A model generated the notes under the pieces. That model was not told the origin of the DNA, did no database searches, and saw nothing but the letters and a program-made list of their open reading frames with translations. A stretch of 64,000 bases of DNA from Lama guanicoe (taxonomy: Eukaryota), in contig MU054400.1 in NCBI GenBank assembly GCA_013239625.1, positions 1,595,146 to 1,659,145 of the forward strand. Reading direction: 5' to 3'. Position 1 is the first letter of the stretch. Every line of letters begins with the position of its first letter. This document shows, in pieces, positions 1-13,780 of the stretch. The position numbers and the translations under genes were made by a program.

Positions 1-288
1 CTCTTGACACTTTATGTATAGTCTTCTGCTCCCAGTTAATGCAGACATTTTTAAGCCCTCACTGTCCTGCACAGCCAATAATTAAACTAATTAATCCATT
101 TGTTTAAAAAAAGTAAAAACACAAAAATCACTAGGAAATCTGACACTAAAAATCTTTAGAAAGCAAAGAACACATTAGTAAAATTAATAAACAGCCCTTT
201 ATTATTACATAGCTGAGCTTCATTCACATGGATGGTTACCTAATAAACACGCCACTCAAACTAAATAGTGAAGTGTGAAGTTTCATAC

Positions 289-404
289 CTCTCAGAATTC
301 AGACTCTGGTCAGCATAATCACTTTTCAAAGAATCTAATTCACTTTGAAGAAAGGCTATGTTTGTCTGTGCTTCTAAAAGATCTTTCTTGACTTTCTGAT
401 TTTC
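289..404 (-). CDS. RASEF: RASEF coding exon 6; the gene continues beyond the left edge (Rab GTPase domain not in window)
   Basis: Acceptor TTTTTCTAG, donor AG|GTATGA, 116 nt. Translates [38 protein letters not shown](R). Confidence 0.95.
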
Positions 405-2184
405 CTAGAAAAAAGGAACAGTGCAGGTCATTAGACTCAGAATTTCTTCCACCTGCGAGAAATGAATTCCAGCACGTCACTCTCCCACGCGTCACTCTCA
501 CCCGTCCACAAGTCTTCAACCCTTGGTTGTCAAAGAGCTAATCATCAATCCAAGGTAATTTAAAATTTGTATGAAGTACTAAACTGTCAAAAATTAAATC
601 CTCAAGGTTCTCCTTTTTTTTTTTAAATATTTGACATTTGGCGCCAAACTAGAATAGTCAACAGTTTATCATGATGAACTTTAACATGTTATTAGCAAAT
701 TAACTGAGACCAGACATTCAAACATCTGTTTTACTTAATGAGAGCCATGGAACAACTGACAGATACTGTGTGGAATTAATAGTACTTGTTACCAGGCAGA
801 CTGGCTACTTTTTACAATAAATCCTATCACCTAACATTTTAAAGTTTTGCACTTAAAAATGAGCCAGTGTTGTTAGGAAATTTCTATATTTTTCTTAAAA
901 AAAAAAGAAGAAAGAAGAAAATAAAATCCTTGGAGGCTTCCAGTTCAATGTGGTGGACTGCAGACATGAATTTGTCTTCTTTCCCTTCTGAGACCCCATT
1001 AACATGAAATACTAAAGGATAAGAGTTAAAAGAATGGAAGAGGGGCCTACCAGCAGTCAAATGATTTAAACCCATTTCTGGAAAACGGAAACTGGATGGC
1101 AATGTGCTGACAAAGGGAAGAGGATAGGGAAAAGGAGATCCAGAAGATGTGTGTTGAAGGGTCTACTGAAGAACAAAGAAGAGACAGCTGGTCAAGCAGA
1201 ACCCCAGAGACTGAGAAGGGGACCTGAAAATGGAGAGTAAAATTATATATTAAGGCATCCTGCTTCTCAAACCCGCACCTGGTCTTTCCCTAGAAAAGGG
1301 GAACAGACAAGCCAGAGTTGAGTCCAAAGACAACAAGACAGGGCTTCTTTGTAAAAATAACTGAAGGACTCCTGAAAGGAAAGCTGAGGCTTCTCTCTGA
1401 ACATCCCTGTCCCATGCATCAGGTCATCAGGGTCCCATGTCTGACAGCCAGCTTCACACACAGAGCTCTGAGGAAGACTGTCTTCCAGGGGAGAGGCCTT
1501 GAGGTAAACAGATCTATTGCCTAGCTGCACAGGAGTCCTACCTACACCAGCTACCTAAAATGATCTGAAATTCCGAGATGACATCTGGAATTGGTAGCAA
1601 GTTTAAAAAGCAACCAGTCCACTAAAAATTAAAATCCCCTGGACTCCAAAAATTAATATTTTCAAGTAGAAAAATGATCAATTCCATGCACTGGAAAGAA
1701 TAAATAAGAAGTTGCAAGGTATCAGTGATATCATGAAGACAGCAGAGCTGCTTTTTACAAGAAACCAAAAGCTCAACCAGAGAATTCAAGAGAAATAAGC
1801 GACTCTGTAACAAAGTCACAATCCAAACACAAAACCAACTAAGAGGTAGCAAAATCTGGAACTGGTAGTACGTAAAGGGGATTCATCTGACCACAAAGCT
1901 GGGAGCCTTGTCTTTTGAGTGGCACGTGGATAACGACTGGAGAGAAAGAGACGCAAGTCTAGCTCACTCCAACTCACTTCTTGGCTCTGCAATTTTGCCT
2001 TTCAACTTTTAAAGTCAATCTGAAAACAAGATAAAGAAAATGATGATAATATAGCAGATGTAGATGTTAATCAGTTTTGGCAACAGAATGACTAAAGATG
2101 TGGTCGGCAGAAGGAAAAGGGGCAGAAAGAGGAAAGTTGGAGGAAGGGCAGGGCAATAATATCTCATCTTACAAAGCCAGGATA

Positions 2185-2798
2185 CCTGTTCCTGGGCATA
2201 TATCCAGAAGGAACCCTACTTCAAAATGACACCTGCACCCCAATATTCATAGCAGCACTGTTCACAATAGCCAAGACATAGAAACAGCCTAAATGTCCAT
2301 CAACAGATGACTGGATAAAGAAGAGGTCATATATTTATACAATGGAATACTACTCAGCCATAAAAACTGACAACATAATGCCATTGCAGCAACATGGATG
2401 TTCCTGGAGAATGTCATTCTAAGTGAAGTAAGTCAGAAAGAGAAAGAAAGATACCATATGAGATCGCTCATATGTGGAATCTAAAAAAAAAGAAAAACAA
2501 ACAAAACATAAATACAAAACAGAAATAGACTTATAGACATAGAATACAAACTTGTGGTTGCCAAGGGGGTGGGGGATGGGAAGGGACAGATTGGTATTTC
2601 AAAATGTACAATAAATAAACAAGATTATACTGTATAGCACAGGGAAATACATACAAGATCTTATGGTAGCTCACAGAGAAAAAAATCTGACAATGAATAT
2701 ATGTATGTTCACATACAACTGAAAAATTGTGCTCTACACTGGAATTTGACACAACATTGTAAAATGATTATAACTCAGTAAAAAAATGTTAAAAAAAA
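2185..2798 (+). mobile_element. 5'-truncated LINE-1 3' end (ORF2 tail, 3' UTR, A-tail)
   Basis: Typical L1 motifs (cctgggcatatatccag, aaacagcctaaatgtccatcaacagatgactggataaag, ctaagtgaagtaagtcag) and an A-rich tail. Same subfamily as 47491-48097. Confidence 0.92.
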
Positions 2799-3065
2799 GA
2801 ATGCAGGGTTAGCTACTTAAAGGCCATGCCATTATTGCTTTGAATAAAAAAATAAATAAAAGCATTCACAATAGGTATCACTGAGGGAGAAAGCCTGCAT
2901 AGACAGTATCGTAAGTCAAAGGTATTTCAAAGACCTTCTCCAACTGTAGTATTAATTTCTCTTTAAGCTTTTACTCCTGGAACACTGAAATCATAGCATG
3001 ATTTTATTTAGGAAACAGGAGTTTAATAGGAATTATATTTCTGTAAGTGAAAAGGTAATTCTTAC

Positions 3066-3143
3066 CATTGATAAGTCATAAATTCGTTTTTTTAATGCAG
3101 CCACATCTTCTTTTTGACTTATGTGTCTTGATTGTTCTTCTAG
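3066..3143 (-). CDS. RASEF: RASEF coding exon 5
   Basis: Acceptor TTTTCCAG, donor ATG|GTAAGA, 78 nt. Translates [26 protein letters not shown]. Confidence 0.95.
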
Positions 3144-5012
3144 CTGGAAAAGCAAATAAAAGTTGTGCATTTACAAACTTACTTTGAATTTATTCAGTTA
3201 AGTTTAGAAATATACTTGCATATGGATGTGGAAATTCTAGAAGCCTTCAATTTTAAACATTATACAACCTTATAAATCATTAAACTACATATAATCCAGA
3301 AGGATTTGAAAATATGCTTTAAATAATTTAAACATTTGAAAAGGGGATTTTATTATTTTATGAAATTTCTGTAAAACAATTAAAAAGCCTTTTTTTGGGA
3401 AACCATTCAACTATCAAGCACGCAAAGCACTCTCTTTCAATTATGTTGCATATGAGTCTGGATTCTTACATTCTCCCAAACTTTACCTGCATTTAACACT
3501 TTCCATCCTGTATCATAATTATTTATGAATGTTTTATCTCTCACCATAGTCCAAGATTTTTAACAGCAGAATTACTGTCAAAATCAACTATGTTTTCTTC
3601 ACAATGATCTCAAAAAAATGCTCATTTAATGATCTAAAGCAATAAAACTTAAATATGATATGAAGTTAGAGACATACACACAATAAAATTATATACACAC
3701 GTGGGCTTTGCCTGCTGGCTGGCTGGTTAGTATTACCAGACTAAATTGGCTCAGAAGCAACCCTAATGTGGACAACAAAAATGTCTGTCCTATGCAAAGC
3801 TTACACCGCCTGGGAATGCAGAGATCTGTGGGTATCCATTAATGGACTATGAATGCATTGACCAAAAGGAAAGCCATATTTCTTCAAATCTAAGTCAAAA
3901 TCTATACTCTGACACTAGACTTCATCTTGCCAGATGACACCAATGGAAGGTTTTCACACGGCTGTCTGAAACCAAGAGGGCCACTGATTTTAAGACCATG
4001 CCAATCTTAAAGAAGAAAAAGTGCTGAGGGAAAAATGAATTCTCAGAAACAACGGCATAAGGTAATGACAATCGGAGTAAATTTTTGTATAGTTCTTTAC
4101 AGCCTTTAACGCATTCTTCACATAAACCACCACTGGAACAAGTGAGAAAGCACCAACTGTGTAGAGACAGAAAGACAACCCACTGCGTATCAGCCGAGTG
4201 ACTTGAACAAGTTATTAAACCTGGAAATCAGGTCCTCATCTGTAAAAGTGGGAAATTTGTGCTCTCCTCAGAGAATGTTTGAGAATTTGATTTTTTAAAT
4301 TATGAAAAGAGCTTAATAAACTACAAAGTCAATAAGATGTCAGTTATTATCGTTAGACGGACAGTTTATTGTTAATCCCATCTTGCAGATGAAAAGCTAG
4401 TGATGAGAACAATGAAGACAACTGTCCCAGGTGTTATGAAAAGAGATTGACAGGGTCTTGATAAGGACTCAAGTCTCGTCACTCCTGATTCTTACTGTTC
4501 AGTGTCTATTTGGTCTTCATCATGTGCTGTTTCAGGGCAAGAAACTCTGTGTCTCCTCTTGCAATCATTCTCTTAGTCTAAAGATTTGGGATGACATAGA
4601 AATAAGTAAGAATAGTGACTAGGAGAATCTGGGACGCTAGCACAAAGCAAGGGATTGGTCCATTCAAATTCTGTAATTCAAGCATAGTATGTATGGTCTA
4701 ATTATCTCTGGAAATCAGATATAAGGTTGACATTGATAATAATTTTCCAAGAAGGGTACTGGGGAGAATTCTTAATAATTCCAGAAGTTTAAATTGCAAT
4801 AGCCCACAAAATGTGGCTGTCACTTAGTCCCATTCAGTACGAACACTGGAAGGAGCACTAAAGGTTATCACACCAACAACCAGAGAAGCAAAGTGATGTG
4901 TCCGATTTCACAGTGCCACCTTTAGGGATGGTTATTTTTTAACTACCCATTTTTATTTTAGCTAAGACATTTCCATTAGTTATGGAGACAATCCACATGC
5001 AGGAAGTGATTT

Positions 5013-5216
5013 CAGCACTGCGCTGGAGCCAGCGTGTACCAGCAGGTGAGAACCTATTTATTTTCAGAGTCTCTTCCCAAACTCTGCATTTAGTGATGTC
5101 AGCTTGGTAGCCTGCAATCGGTAATGGTGGGAGTATTTACAACGTGGAATTCAGCAAATGCTGCAAATCCCTCCTCCCTCCAGAACCTCTTGTTAAATAC
5201 CTACCAGCAACCACTG
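5013..5216 (+). mobile_element. MER63-like hAT DNA transposon
   Basis: Termini cagcactgcgctgg...ccagcaaccactg, internal gggagtatttaca; degenerate 8-bp TSD agtgattt/agtgaaat. Confidence 0.7.
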
Positions 5217-5707
5217 AGTGAAATGGACTCTACTCAGAAACCAAATAGAGCAAAAGGCAAAACCAGTCACACCTTTGCCTTCACTTCAGCAGGTTCTCTC
5301 CCACTTGTTGCTGATTGGATACTTGTACCCTTCATTCAGCTGGGTATGGGGCTACGTGACTAGGAAAGACAGCGCGCCTGCTGCCATGAGCAGACAGTCC
5401 ACTGGACACGTGGGGCTTGAGGGCACTTGGCTGGCAAAGACCAAGGAAAGAAAAACCGAGGTTTGATGGACAACTGTTCAAGGGATCAGAAATATTGTAT
5501 TAGATCCATGTAAAAGATAGGCTGCCCTTAGAAACAGAAAAAGAAATTAGGGGCCTTTAAAAAAATTCTTGCCGGGGAGTCCAGTCTGATCCTCACATCT
5601 GATCCATCTGCTGCTTCAATATGACTCTATATGTTTTCAGTTGCTAAAAATTTAGACACACTGAGATACTGATGCTATGCCTCAGAGTCCAGCTGCCACA
5701 CGCCTAC

Positions 5708-5803
5708 CTTTCTGAGTTTCTTTATCGTCACCTGTAGATCTCCCACTTCTGTTTCATACTGACGTCTGAGGTCACTAAGGGCTTCCTCAGCTTTGCGTTT
5801 TTC
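5708..5803 (-). CDS. RASEF: RASEF coding exon 4 (coiled coil)
   Basis: Acceptor poly-T-CCTTTCAG, donor AAG|GTAGGC, 96 nt. Translates [32 protein letters not shown]. Confidence 0.96.
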
Positions 5804-6489
5804 CTGAAAGGAAAAAAAAAAAGATTTTGTTGATTTAAATAGGTTCTTCAAAACCCTAGAGGCGAGAAACATTTTGTGTCAAAACTAAGGCTGATCCCAA
5901 GTCTCCAACACAGAGATGGTGAGAAGGGATAACGGAAGGAACCAAACTTTAGACGCTCAGCACCTCCGGAATGGAAATCTGCAAGAGTGAAAGAACTGCA
6001 GAATCCCACCACCTATGTGCGTACATCACCTGGGGTGACACCTCTCAAGACTACTACTCAGCTGTGACAGAGGGCTGTGGCACATCAATTAAGTAGCTAG
6101 CTAGCTAATTATTGCTGTGTTTAATTAAAAGCTATGGCACAGCCAAGGGCCCCCGTGCTTGCCTCAACCCTATCATGTCTTCAGGACTCAAGAAGGCCTG
6201 GTGGGTTTACTGTTTCTCCAAGAGCTGACACCTTATCTAAATTCAAATCACATCACCTGCAAACTTCTGTGCAAAGTGCTGCCCCACAAGGTTGGTGCTT
6301 GTCATGTGTGTCGTCCCTGGGGCAGAGAATGGCAAAAGGGGACCCAAAGAGGTCAGGGGCTGAAGTTCTCATGAGCCCAAATACCAAATATCTCCTAGTT
6401 TCCTTTTTCTCTTAACACATTATGGAATTTTATATCCTATGTTCAGCATTCAAATAAAGTTTTAAGTTCCTAATGAGTGGAATTGAGTG

Positions 6490-7510
6490 TAATAAGACCT
6501 AAATAAATGGAGACTACACCAGGTTTGTGAATCATTCATTATTAGTAACATGCCAATTCTCCTCTAATTGATCTACAGATGCAATGAAGTCCAAAGCCCT
6601 AGAAGGTTTTGGGTTTTTTGTTTTGTTTTATTTTGTTTTTAGAAATTGATAAGCTGATTCTATGGAAATTAGAGGAACTAAAATAGCCAAGAAAACTTAA
6701 AAAGGAACAAAGTTGAAGAACTAACACTACTTGATTTTAAGACTTATTATAAAGCAACAGTCGTCAAGACAAAAGTAATACTGGCATAAAGAGAGGCTAA
6801 TCAATGGGGCAGAATGGGGAGTCCAGAAATAAACCCACTGAATACAGAAAACTGATTTTGGACGAAGTGCAAAGGCAATTCAGCAGAGAATAGATAGACT
6901 TTTGAACAAACAGGCTGGAACAATTAGATATGCACAAGCAAAAAAAAAAAAAAAGAACTTTGACCTGTACCTTGCAAAATGGATCTTAAGTGTAAAACCT
7001 AAAACAACAAAACTTACAGAAGAAACAGGAGAAAATCTTTGCAACCTTGGGTTAAGCAAAGATTTCTGAAATACCAAAAGCATGACCCATGAAAGAAGAA
7101 ACTGACAAGCTGGACTTCATCAAAATAAAGAAAATTCTACTCTTGAAAAGACACTGTTAGGAGAATGAAAAGACAAGTCACAACCTGGGAGGAAATATTT
7201 ATAGATCAGAATATATAAAGAACTCCCAAAACTCAATAATAAGAAAACAAACAACCTAACTTTAAAAATAAGCAAAAGATTTTAACAGATGCTTCATCAA
7301 AGAACACAGACAATGGCTGCCTGACAGGGAGGGACAAAGAAAGAAGGCACGACACAGGGACACATGGAAGCTAACAGCATGTGGATGTACCCATTACCCT
7401 GCTGTGTGATGGTTTCTTGGTATAGCCATACGTCCAATCTTATATTCTACACTTGAGTATTGTACGTGTTATTACTGCGTGCCCATTATACCTCAATAAA
7501 GCTATTGCAA
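6490..7510 (+). mobile_element. Old L1M ORF2 fragment plus 3' end
   Basis: Motifs agaaattgataagctgattct, gagtccagaaataaaccc, aactcaataataagaaaacaaac and terminal ttatacctcaataaagct. Confidence 0.85.
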
Positions 7511-9363
7511 TAAATATTTTAAAACCTCAACTGAAACCGTGGGATAAACACCACATGTGCGAGAGGAGTCAAGGTCAGGAAGAGGTGAAGGTGGCCAGAG
7601 GACTAGGGGAGGGCATCAGGGAGAAGGGGAGACTTTCTCTGAGTTCTGCAGAATTTAGGAAAGCGGAAAGGAGTGGGGCAACAGTTATCAAGGCAAAGGG
7701 AAGAGAGAAAGCAGAGCAATCAGTGGGGCCAGAACTGCAGGATGAAGACCTGTGTGTGGGCAGCCAAGCTGAGCCGTGCTCAGTGGAGGGAAGTGCGGGC
7801 GAGTCTTCAGCTAGTCTGGAGGTGTTATTCCAGAGAGACTAGGAGACGGGGACAGACTGGCAAATGGGTGTCATCCCAGGGCCAGAGCTGCCCAGTTGGC
7901 AGGGGTGTGCTAAGGTTTCAGAGACCACGTCCGTGCAGGGACTCACTGGCCACGTGTGCCATCGCTGTGCAACAGAGAAATGGTGCTGTGGATGCCATGT
8001 ATTTGCCTCCCCTGTACCAGAGCCAAGGAAAGACGTTATAATTAACAAAACATGGATTTATAAGAGGCGGGGCCGTGGTCAGGTGTCCATTACCAACAAC
8101 CAACTTGGGAAGTGCTTATCTGGAAGAAGCCATGAGATGTGAGGACAGAATTAACACATGTGATTGGTAAGTGTTTGATGAATGAATGAGTGCACAGGTT
8201 AAATGGATAGAGAGGGAAAAGGCAAAAAAAAAAAAAGTCTGTTTCTAGACTAGAAAAAAATAGAGTGCTAACAAAGGAATGGGTAACACATTGCACAGAA
8301 GCTGGCCTGTGGACTCTGAACCACTCTGTTGAACATGACATCCAGTTATTAAATGTGTTATTAAGAGATAAGACAACAAAGAATCGAAAGCATGTAAGTG
8401 GTAAAGCCACTGAAGGTGAAGAATCTGGAAGGACACAAGGTACACAGAGCAACAGAAAAGAGCAGAACGGCAACGGCCAGGTGCCGCCCCCACACCTGGC
8501 ACAGCTCCGGGCACTCATCCAGCCATCAGCCTGACCCTCCTCAAAGCAGGCGGGTGGCATGGCCCACTGTGAAGGTGGAACGACAAAGGCTCAGAGGTTA
8601 GGTTATGTTTCCAGTGCCAGTCAACCTAGACAAGGCAGAGCCAGGACACAAACTGAGGCCTACCAGATGCCAACACCCAGGCCCTTCTCACTCAATTCTG
8701 CAGCCTCTCGGAGTTAACACACAGGGCAAATGAAAAGAAAAAAAAAGGGAACGTTCAATCTAACATTAGCTACATAAGAAACAGGCCTATTTCCTGTTTT
8801 CAGCAAACGTTAATCACCCAAATATATTTAATGAGGAAAAAAGATAATTATTTCTCCTGTGGAAATCACTAAAGGCAGCACCCAACTTTCAACTCTGAGA
8901 ATTCCTATACTGATGAGTAAAAGTATATTCCATAGCAAACACCAAAGTTTGCAAAGAGCATTTTAACGTCACTGTAATCTCAACCTGAAGTAGCAGCGGC
9001 CGTGGGCAGTGAGGCGGTGAGGGGTCAGAGGCGAGCCACCCTCCTCCACCAAAGGCGGGCTCTGCCTTCTCCTTCAGGCCTCAGCAATCCTGTCCCCTCT
9101 TCAGAGAGGCCCCTGGCCTCTGCACCTGTCATACACACTGTTTCTTTACTGTGCTTGTTGCCATCTGAAACGATCCACTTTATCTGATGACTTCTTTACT
9201 ATCTTTTCCTCTCTCCTTACTCTACCTCCCAAAAAACCCACCGCCACTAAAAACGACTTTGCTGAGAGCGCCCGACATGCTGCACCCAGAGGATGCCCAG
9301 TGCCCCGTCCATAAAGGTGCTGTGATGATTCGGTGCACGAACGGGCCCATCCCAGAAACTCAC

Positions 9364-9454
9364 ATCTTTCCGCGTCTTGTGTTCCGCAGCCTGAATCCTC
9401 TGATCCATTTCCTCTTCCAACTCGCTCAGCTGCATGGCTGCCTTGTCCTGGGCT
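9364..9454 (-). CDS. RASEF: RASEF coding exon 3 (coiled coil)
   Basis: Acceptor TTTCAG, donor GAT|GTGAGT, 91 nt. Translates (R)[30 protein letters not shown]; restores phase 0. Confidence 0.96.
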
Positions 9455-10877
9455 CTGAAATTCAGGAGGAGGCACACCTTTTCCTTATACTCTTGGACTT
9501 GTAACATGAACAGAAAACTCTGACCTCAGCTATTTCAATCTCTCTATTTTACAGATAAGGAGAAACATACCATTTAAAATAACAGTCCCTGTACCTTCTA
9601 CATAATAAAATGAGGTTGGCAATTTGACCAGTTGGGTGTAAGGGGACATTTAAAACTAGATATGAAATAAATGAAATAGAGTAGATTAAATGGTATTAAA
9701 CTAGATTGTGGCAAAGAACAGAGAAAGATACCAAATTGCTGGGAGGCTCTTAATAAATTCTGAAAATCTTTTTGGCTGCTATGACGGAGATACATCCCTA
9801 GTCAAAAAACAAAAACAACAAAAACAAAAACAAAACAAAAACCTCCACGGCAAAGGGTAAGTTAGACACAATTCTGAAATTTAACTATATGACACACACA
9901 ATGCTATATGCTATAGTTAGAAGGCAAAAAAAGAAGAGCTCTCAAAAAGTATTTCTAATCAGCTTCCCAAAGTTCAAGAAGTAGATATAGCTACCCTTTA
10001 GAAAATTCCTGTTTCTCTTATTAATACAATAAATCACATTTCTATGGAGGCAGAGCATACTGATTTGCCAAGAAGTTAGAAATGGGAAGGTTCTGTTGAG
10101 ACAGTTTTATTCAGCAACTGTCTACCACGGACACATCTGTCACTTTACAATGGTTGAATCTTCAGATTAAGGCCTAAAAAAATTATTTTTCCTTCTCTCT
10201 CAGCTATATGTTCAGTTATCTAAATTTTCATATGCACATGTCCTGCCTACTCAACTAGGTTGCAAAAGACTCGAAATCAGCCACCATGAGACTCACAGAG
10301 TCAATTTACTTGGATCGATGGTGTTAATAAAAGTAGAAACAAGACCTAAATAGAAGACCTTCCGTCTTCGAGTCTGATGGTTTCTGCTATGTCATCCTAC
10401 CTGCTTTCAACGTATTTATTCCCTCCCAACACAATCTCTTCATGCATTAATTTAATTTCTACATAAGGTTCCAAACCAGCATTGATGGGAGAAAGGAGGA
10501 GCCTCAAAGTAAAATTCTGACTGACTTATTGCTGTTTTCTGCTCCTGTTTACCTCCTCCTCATCCTACAGCCCGCCGAAGATTTGTTAACCAGGTCAGCT
10601 AGTTCTAGTTTGTTTGTAAACACCTGCTACTTGAAGTCTAGGAATTATACATCTCCATAGCAACTCTGGGGTTTTTTTTTTGCCTTTTTTGGTCAACTCT
10701 GGGATGTAAATAGCTAAGCCACACATCCATTTCTCCTTTAGTTATGACCATTTTTCCCCAGCCATTCCTTCTAGACATCGAGTCCCAAACATCTGGGCCT
10801 CTGGGACTGCTCCTGTATGTGTTTCTTCTGCCTTTTTCACTTCTGAACAAGTGGTATGGAGGTCTTTTTCACTTCTT

Positions 10878-10909
<32 letters not shown>

Positions 10910-12673
10910 TTAAAATAAATCAAGGTAGTCTATAATGACAGACTGTTTGCCCCTGCAATTGCTAATTCCCTGTCAAGTGTCTAGCATGTTGGGACTGTCC
11001 CCTCTAACCTTCGTCCAGGGCTCCTACCAGGACACTGGGAACCCATTCTTCAGGTGCAGAACAAACAGATTGAGGCCCTCCCCTAAACAACAACAGAGGT
11101 AAGGATGGCTGGTCCTGAGCTAAGGAATGTTAGGGAATGTTCACAGTAGTCACTTAAACCCTTCAGCAAGGTCTCTGCCCGCTCCAAAAGCGGCCTTTCG
11201 GGAGCCCCAGGCTCAGGACAGAGCCTGACCACGGATCCATCCGGAGAGCACCCCAGTGGGAGAAGAGAAGCACCAACAGCTCAGCATCACGTGGCGTCGT
11301 CCCTCCAGAGAGGAGAGCAGCCCGGCTGGTAATGAGAACACAGAGGAGAGAATGCCATTCTTTTTTGCCCTTATGGGTTTACATGGGACTATCTGTAGAG
11401 GTCATGTGTGGATGTGTGTGTCCCATGCATCTTTGTGTGGGTCTGTGTATGTGCACCTGTGTGTGTACAGGGGAGTTTGTTTTCACAGATACTAACTGGA
11501 CTCTCTAAAAACTTAGTATGTGTGTCTGCTAGTCATCCCTCAAAGGAGGCCAAATCCTTTTATTGAGAAAAAATCCTGTGAACAGTTCAACTCTTGCATG
11601 ATTCTCAGGACTATAAAAACAGTCCTATTTAGCATCAACGGTTTAAAACATTTTCTCTTCTATATTTTAATTACCTTCAGTTACTTCACAGGGTCAACTA
11701 GACAGTTTTATTATCATCAAGTTGAGGGCAAGAATAAAGGGACAGAGGAACAGCCCTCACCTGTCCCTGTGCAAACCAGGGGGCATCCTATCAGAGGGGT
11801 CACTGACAAGCTCTGGGCAGAGACCAGCACAGTGCACAGCACACTGAGAGCTGCTGGTGGGGCACACGGCAGCAAGAATCAATTGCTGGATGTGTGCAGA
11901 GGCCAGGAATTGTGACGAAAAAACGCCCCCTTTACCCAACTTATGGCAAAGGTGTGGTCTTCCAGGAAGCAGAGAGGCTGATGTTCCGATGGCAACACAT
12001 ATAAATTCTCCTTTGGTACTGGGCTGCAGTAAGATATCCTGGGTAAGCCAGCTATGGCTTATGGAAACTGTCTGCCTGAGAGGAAGGCTTTAGCAGCTTT
12101 ACGCTTTCAGTTCAAGCTGGGTGAGGAGGGCGGGAGAGGGAGAGAAGCCCTACTCAGCACCTACCATGTGACAGGCCGCGGCCAGGGCCTTCACCCATGA
12201 CTCACCCATGAAGTCTCCACACCCCGAGGATGTGAATATTTACAGCCTCATTTTGCAGATGCAGAAGCCGAGATTCAGAGAGATGGTAACCTGCCCAAAG
12301 TCACTCACTTTTCAGTGACAAGGACAGGCTTCAAATGGAGTCTGCCTGCCTCTCTGGGTGAAAAGTTTCCTGGACATTGCAAGTGGCTGGATATAAGATA
12401 ACACACCTCTTTGAACTGTTTTGTATGGGATCATGGACCTTGAAGAGCTTCTATGACAGGATCGTGGTAACGTACTGATGGATTGTTGGCTGACCCTACA
12501 AAGAACTGCCTGACTCAGCTTCCCTGGTGCTGGTTTAGTTTAGAAAACTCCGGATTCCTCAGGTTCCGAAGTTCCCCTATATCATAAGGTGATAAAGCAG
12601 TTCTGTCTCTGTGCCACTCAGTCAGAGAGCCTGGTAAAGGACCCCTTCCGCCACTTAGGAAAGACCTCCATAC

Positions 12674-12820
12674 CTCTTCACTGCAATGGCCAGGTTTTCC
12701 ATTTCTGTGCTTTGAAGTTTGATCTCATGGATAAAGTTCTTTATAACATGTTCATAAGGCTGAACCAGTCTTGGCTCCACGAGGTTGATGTTTTGATACA
12801 AGGTACTAACTTGCTCTTTT
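12674..12820 (-). CDS. RASEF: RASEF coding exon 2
   Basis: Acceptor poly-T-GGCAG, donor AG|GTATGG, 147 nt. Translates (R)[48 protein letters not shown](R). Confidence 0.96.
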
Positions 12821-13589
12821 CTGCCAAAAAAAAAATTAAAATTAAAAATTCAATAAAACCAAATAACAGAATAAAAAGGAAAACTTTCAGAATACTTTTA
12901 CCAAAGAGACACATAAGAACCAGGAAAGAAAAAAGCAACAACACCAGAGTGATCAGAAGGGAGGGAAGACAGCAGTCAGAGACGCTGCTGCATTAGTCTT
13001 CATTTACTGTTATTTTTTTTTTCCCACAATGGAACAGCAACTTCATTTCCCCCACAGCTTTACTGAGATACAACTGACAAATAAAAATTGTATATATTTA
13101 GGTTGTACAATGTGATTTTCTCAGGTACACAATGTGCTGATTTAACTGAAGAAGATGGAGGCCTGTGAGGGCAGTGGATATGCACTGGGAGGAATTGACA
13201 GGGAAGGATATTTGCTTGTCACTGCTGGTTTTTTTTTTCTTTAATAGAAAAGTAAACAGACTTACAGAAAAAAATAGTTAGGAAACATTAAACCAATTAC
13301 TTAACATGTTCCACCAATCCCTAATGAGATATTGCTCAGGCTTTACAATCATAAAAGTGCATATACATACCTATTATTTTATAGTCAGTTAAAATTATTT
13401 CATATGTATTATATTTATATGTGACAATCCTCGTATTTGTTATTAACATTTATTGAAAGACAAATATTTCAGAGTCATTTCAAAAGAAAAACTGGTAAGA
13501 CTGGGCAGCTGATCTGCTAGGGGACTTAGAAGTGAGTCAGTGAGGCTAGTGGTGCCCTTGACTCAAGTCTGGGAGCTGATGTGCTCAGT

Positions 13590-13780
13590 GACACAGACGG
13601 AAGACCATGTGAAGACACAGGAAGACGGCCATCGACAAGACAGGGAGAGAGGCCTCTCATCCAACTGCCAACACCTCATCTCAAACTTCCGGCCTCCAGA
13701 ATTGTGAGAAAATAAATTTCTATTGTTTAAGCCACTCTGTCTGGTATATGTTATCCAAAATACCTAGGCAACTGTAGCAA
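13590..13780 (+). mobile_element. MaLR (MLT1) LTR, 3' part
   Basis: gaagaccatgtgaagacacag...ggcctccagaattgtgagaaaataaatttctattgtttaagcc. Confidence 0.8.

Noticed and set aside
930..2150. Purine-rich stretch with short ORFs in RASEF intron 5
   Set aside because: Resembles a very old L1/HAL1 5' remnant; too decayed to call or to treat as coding.
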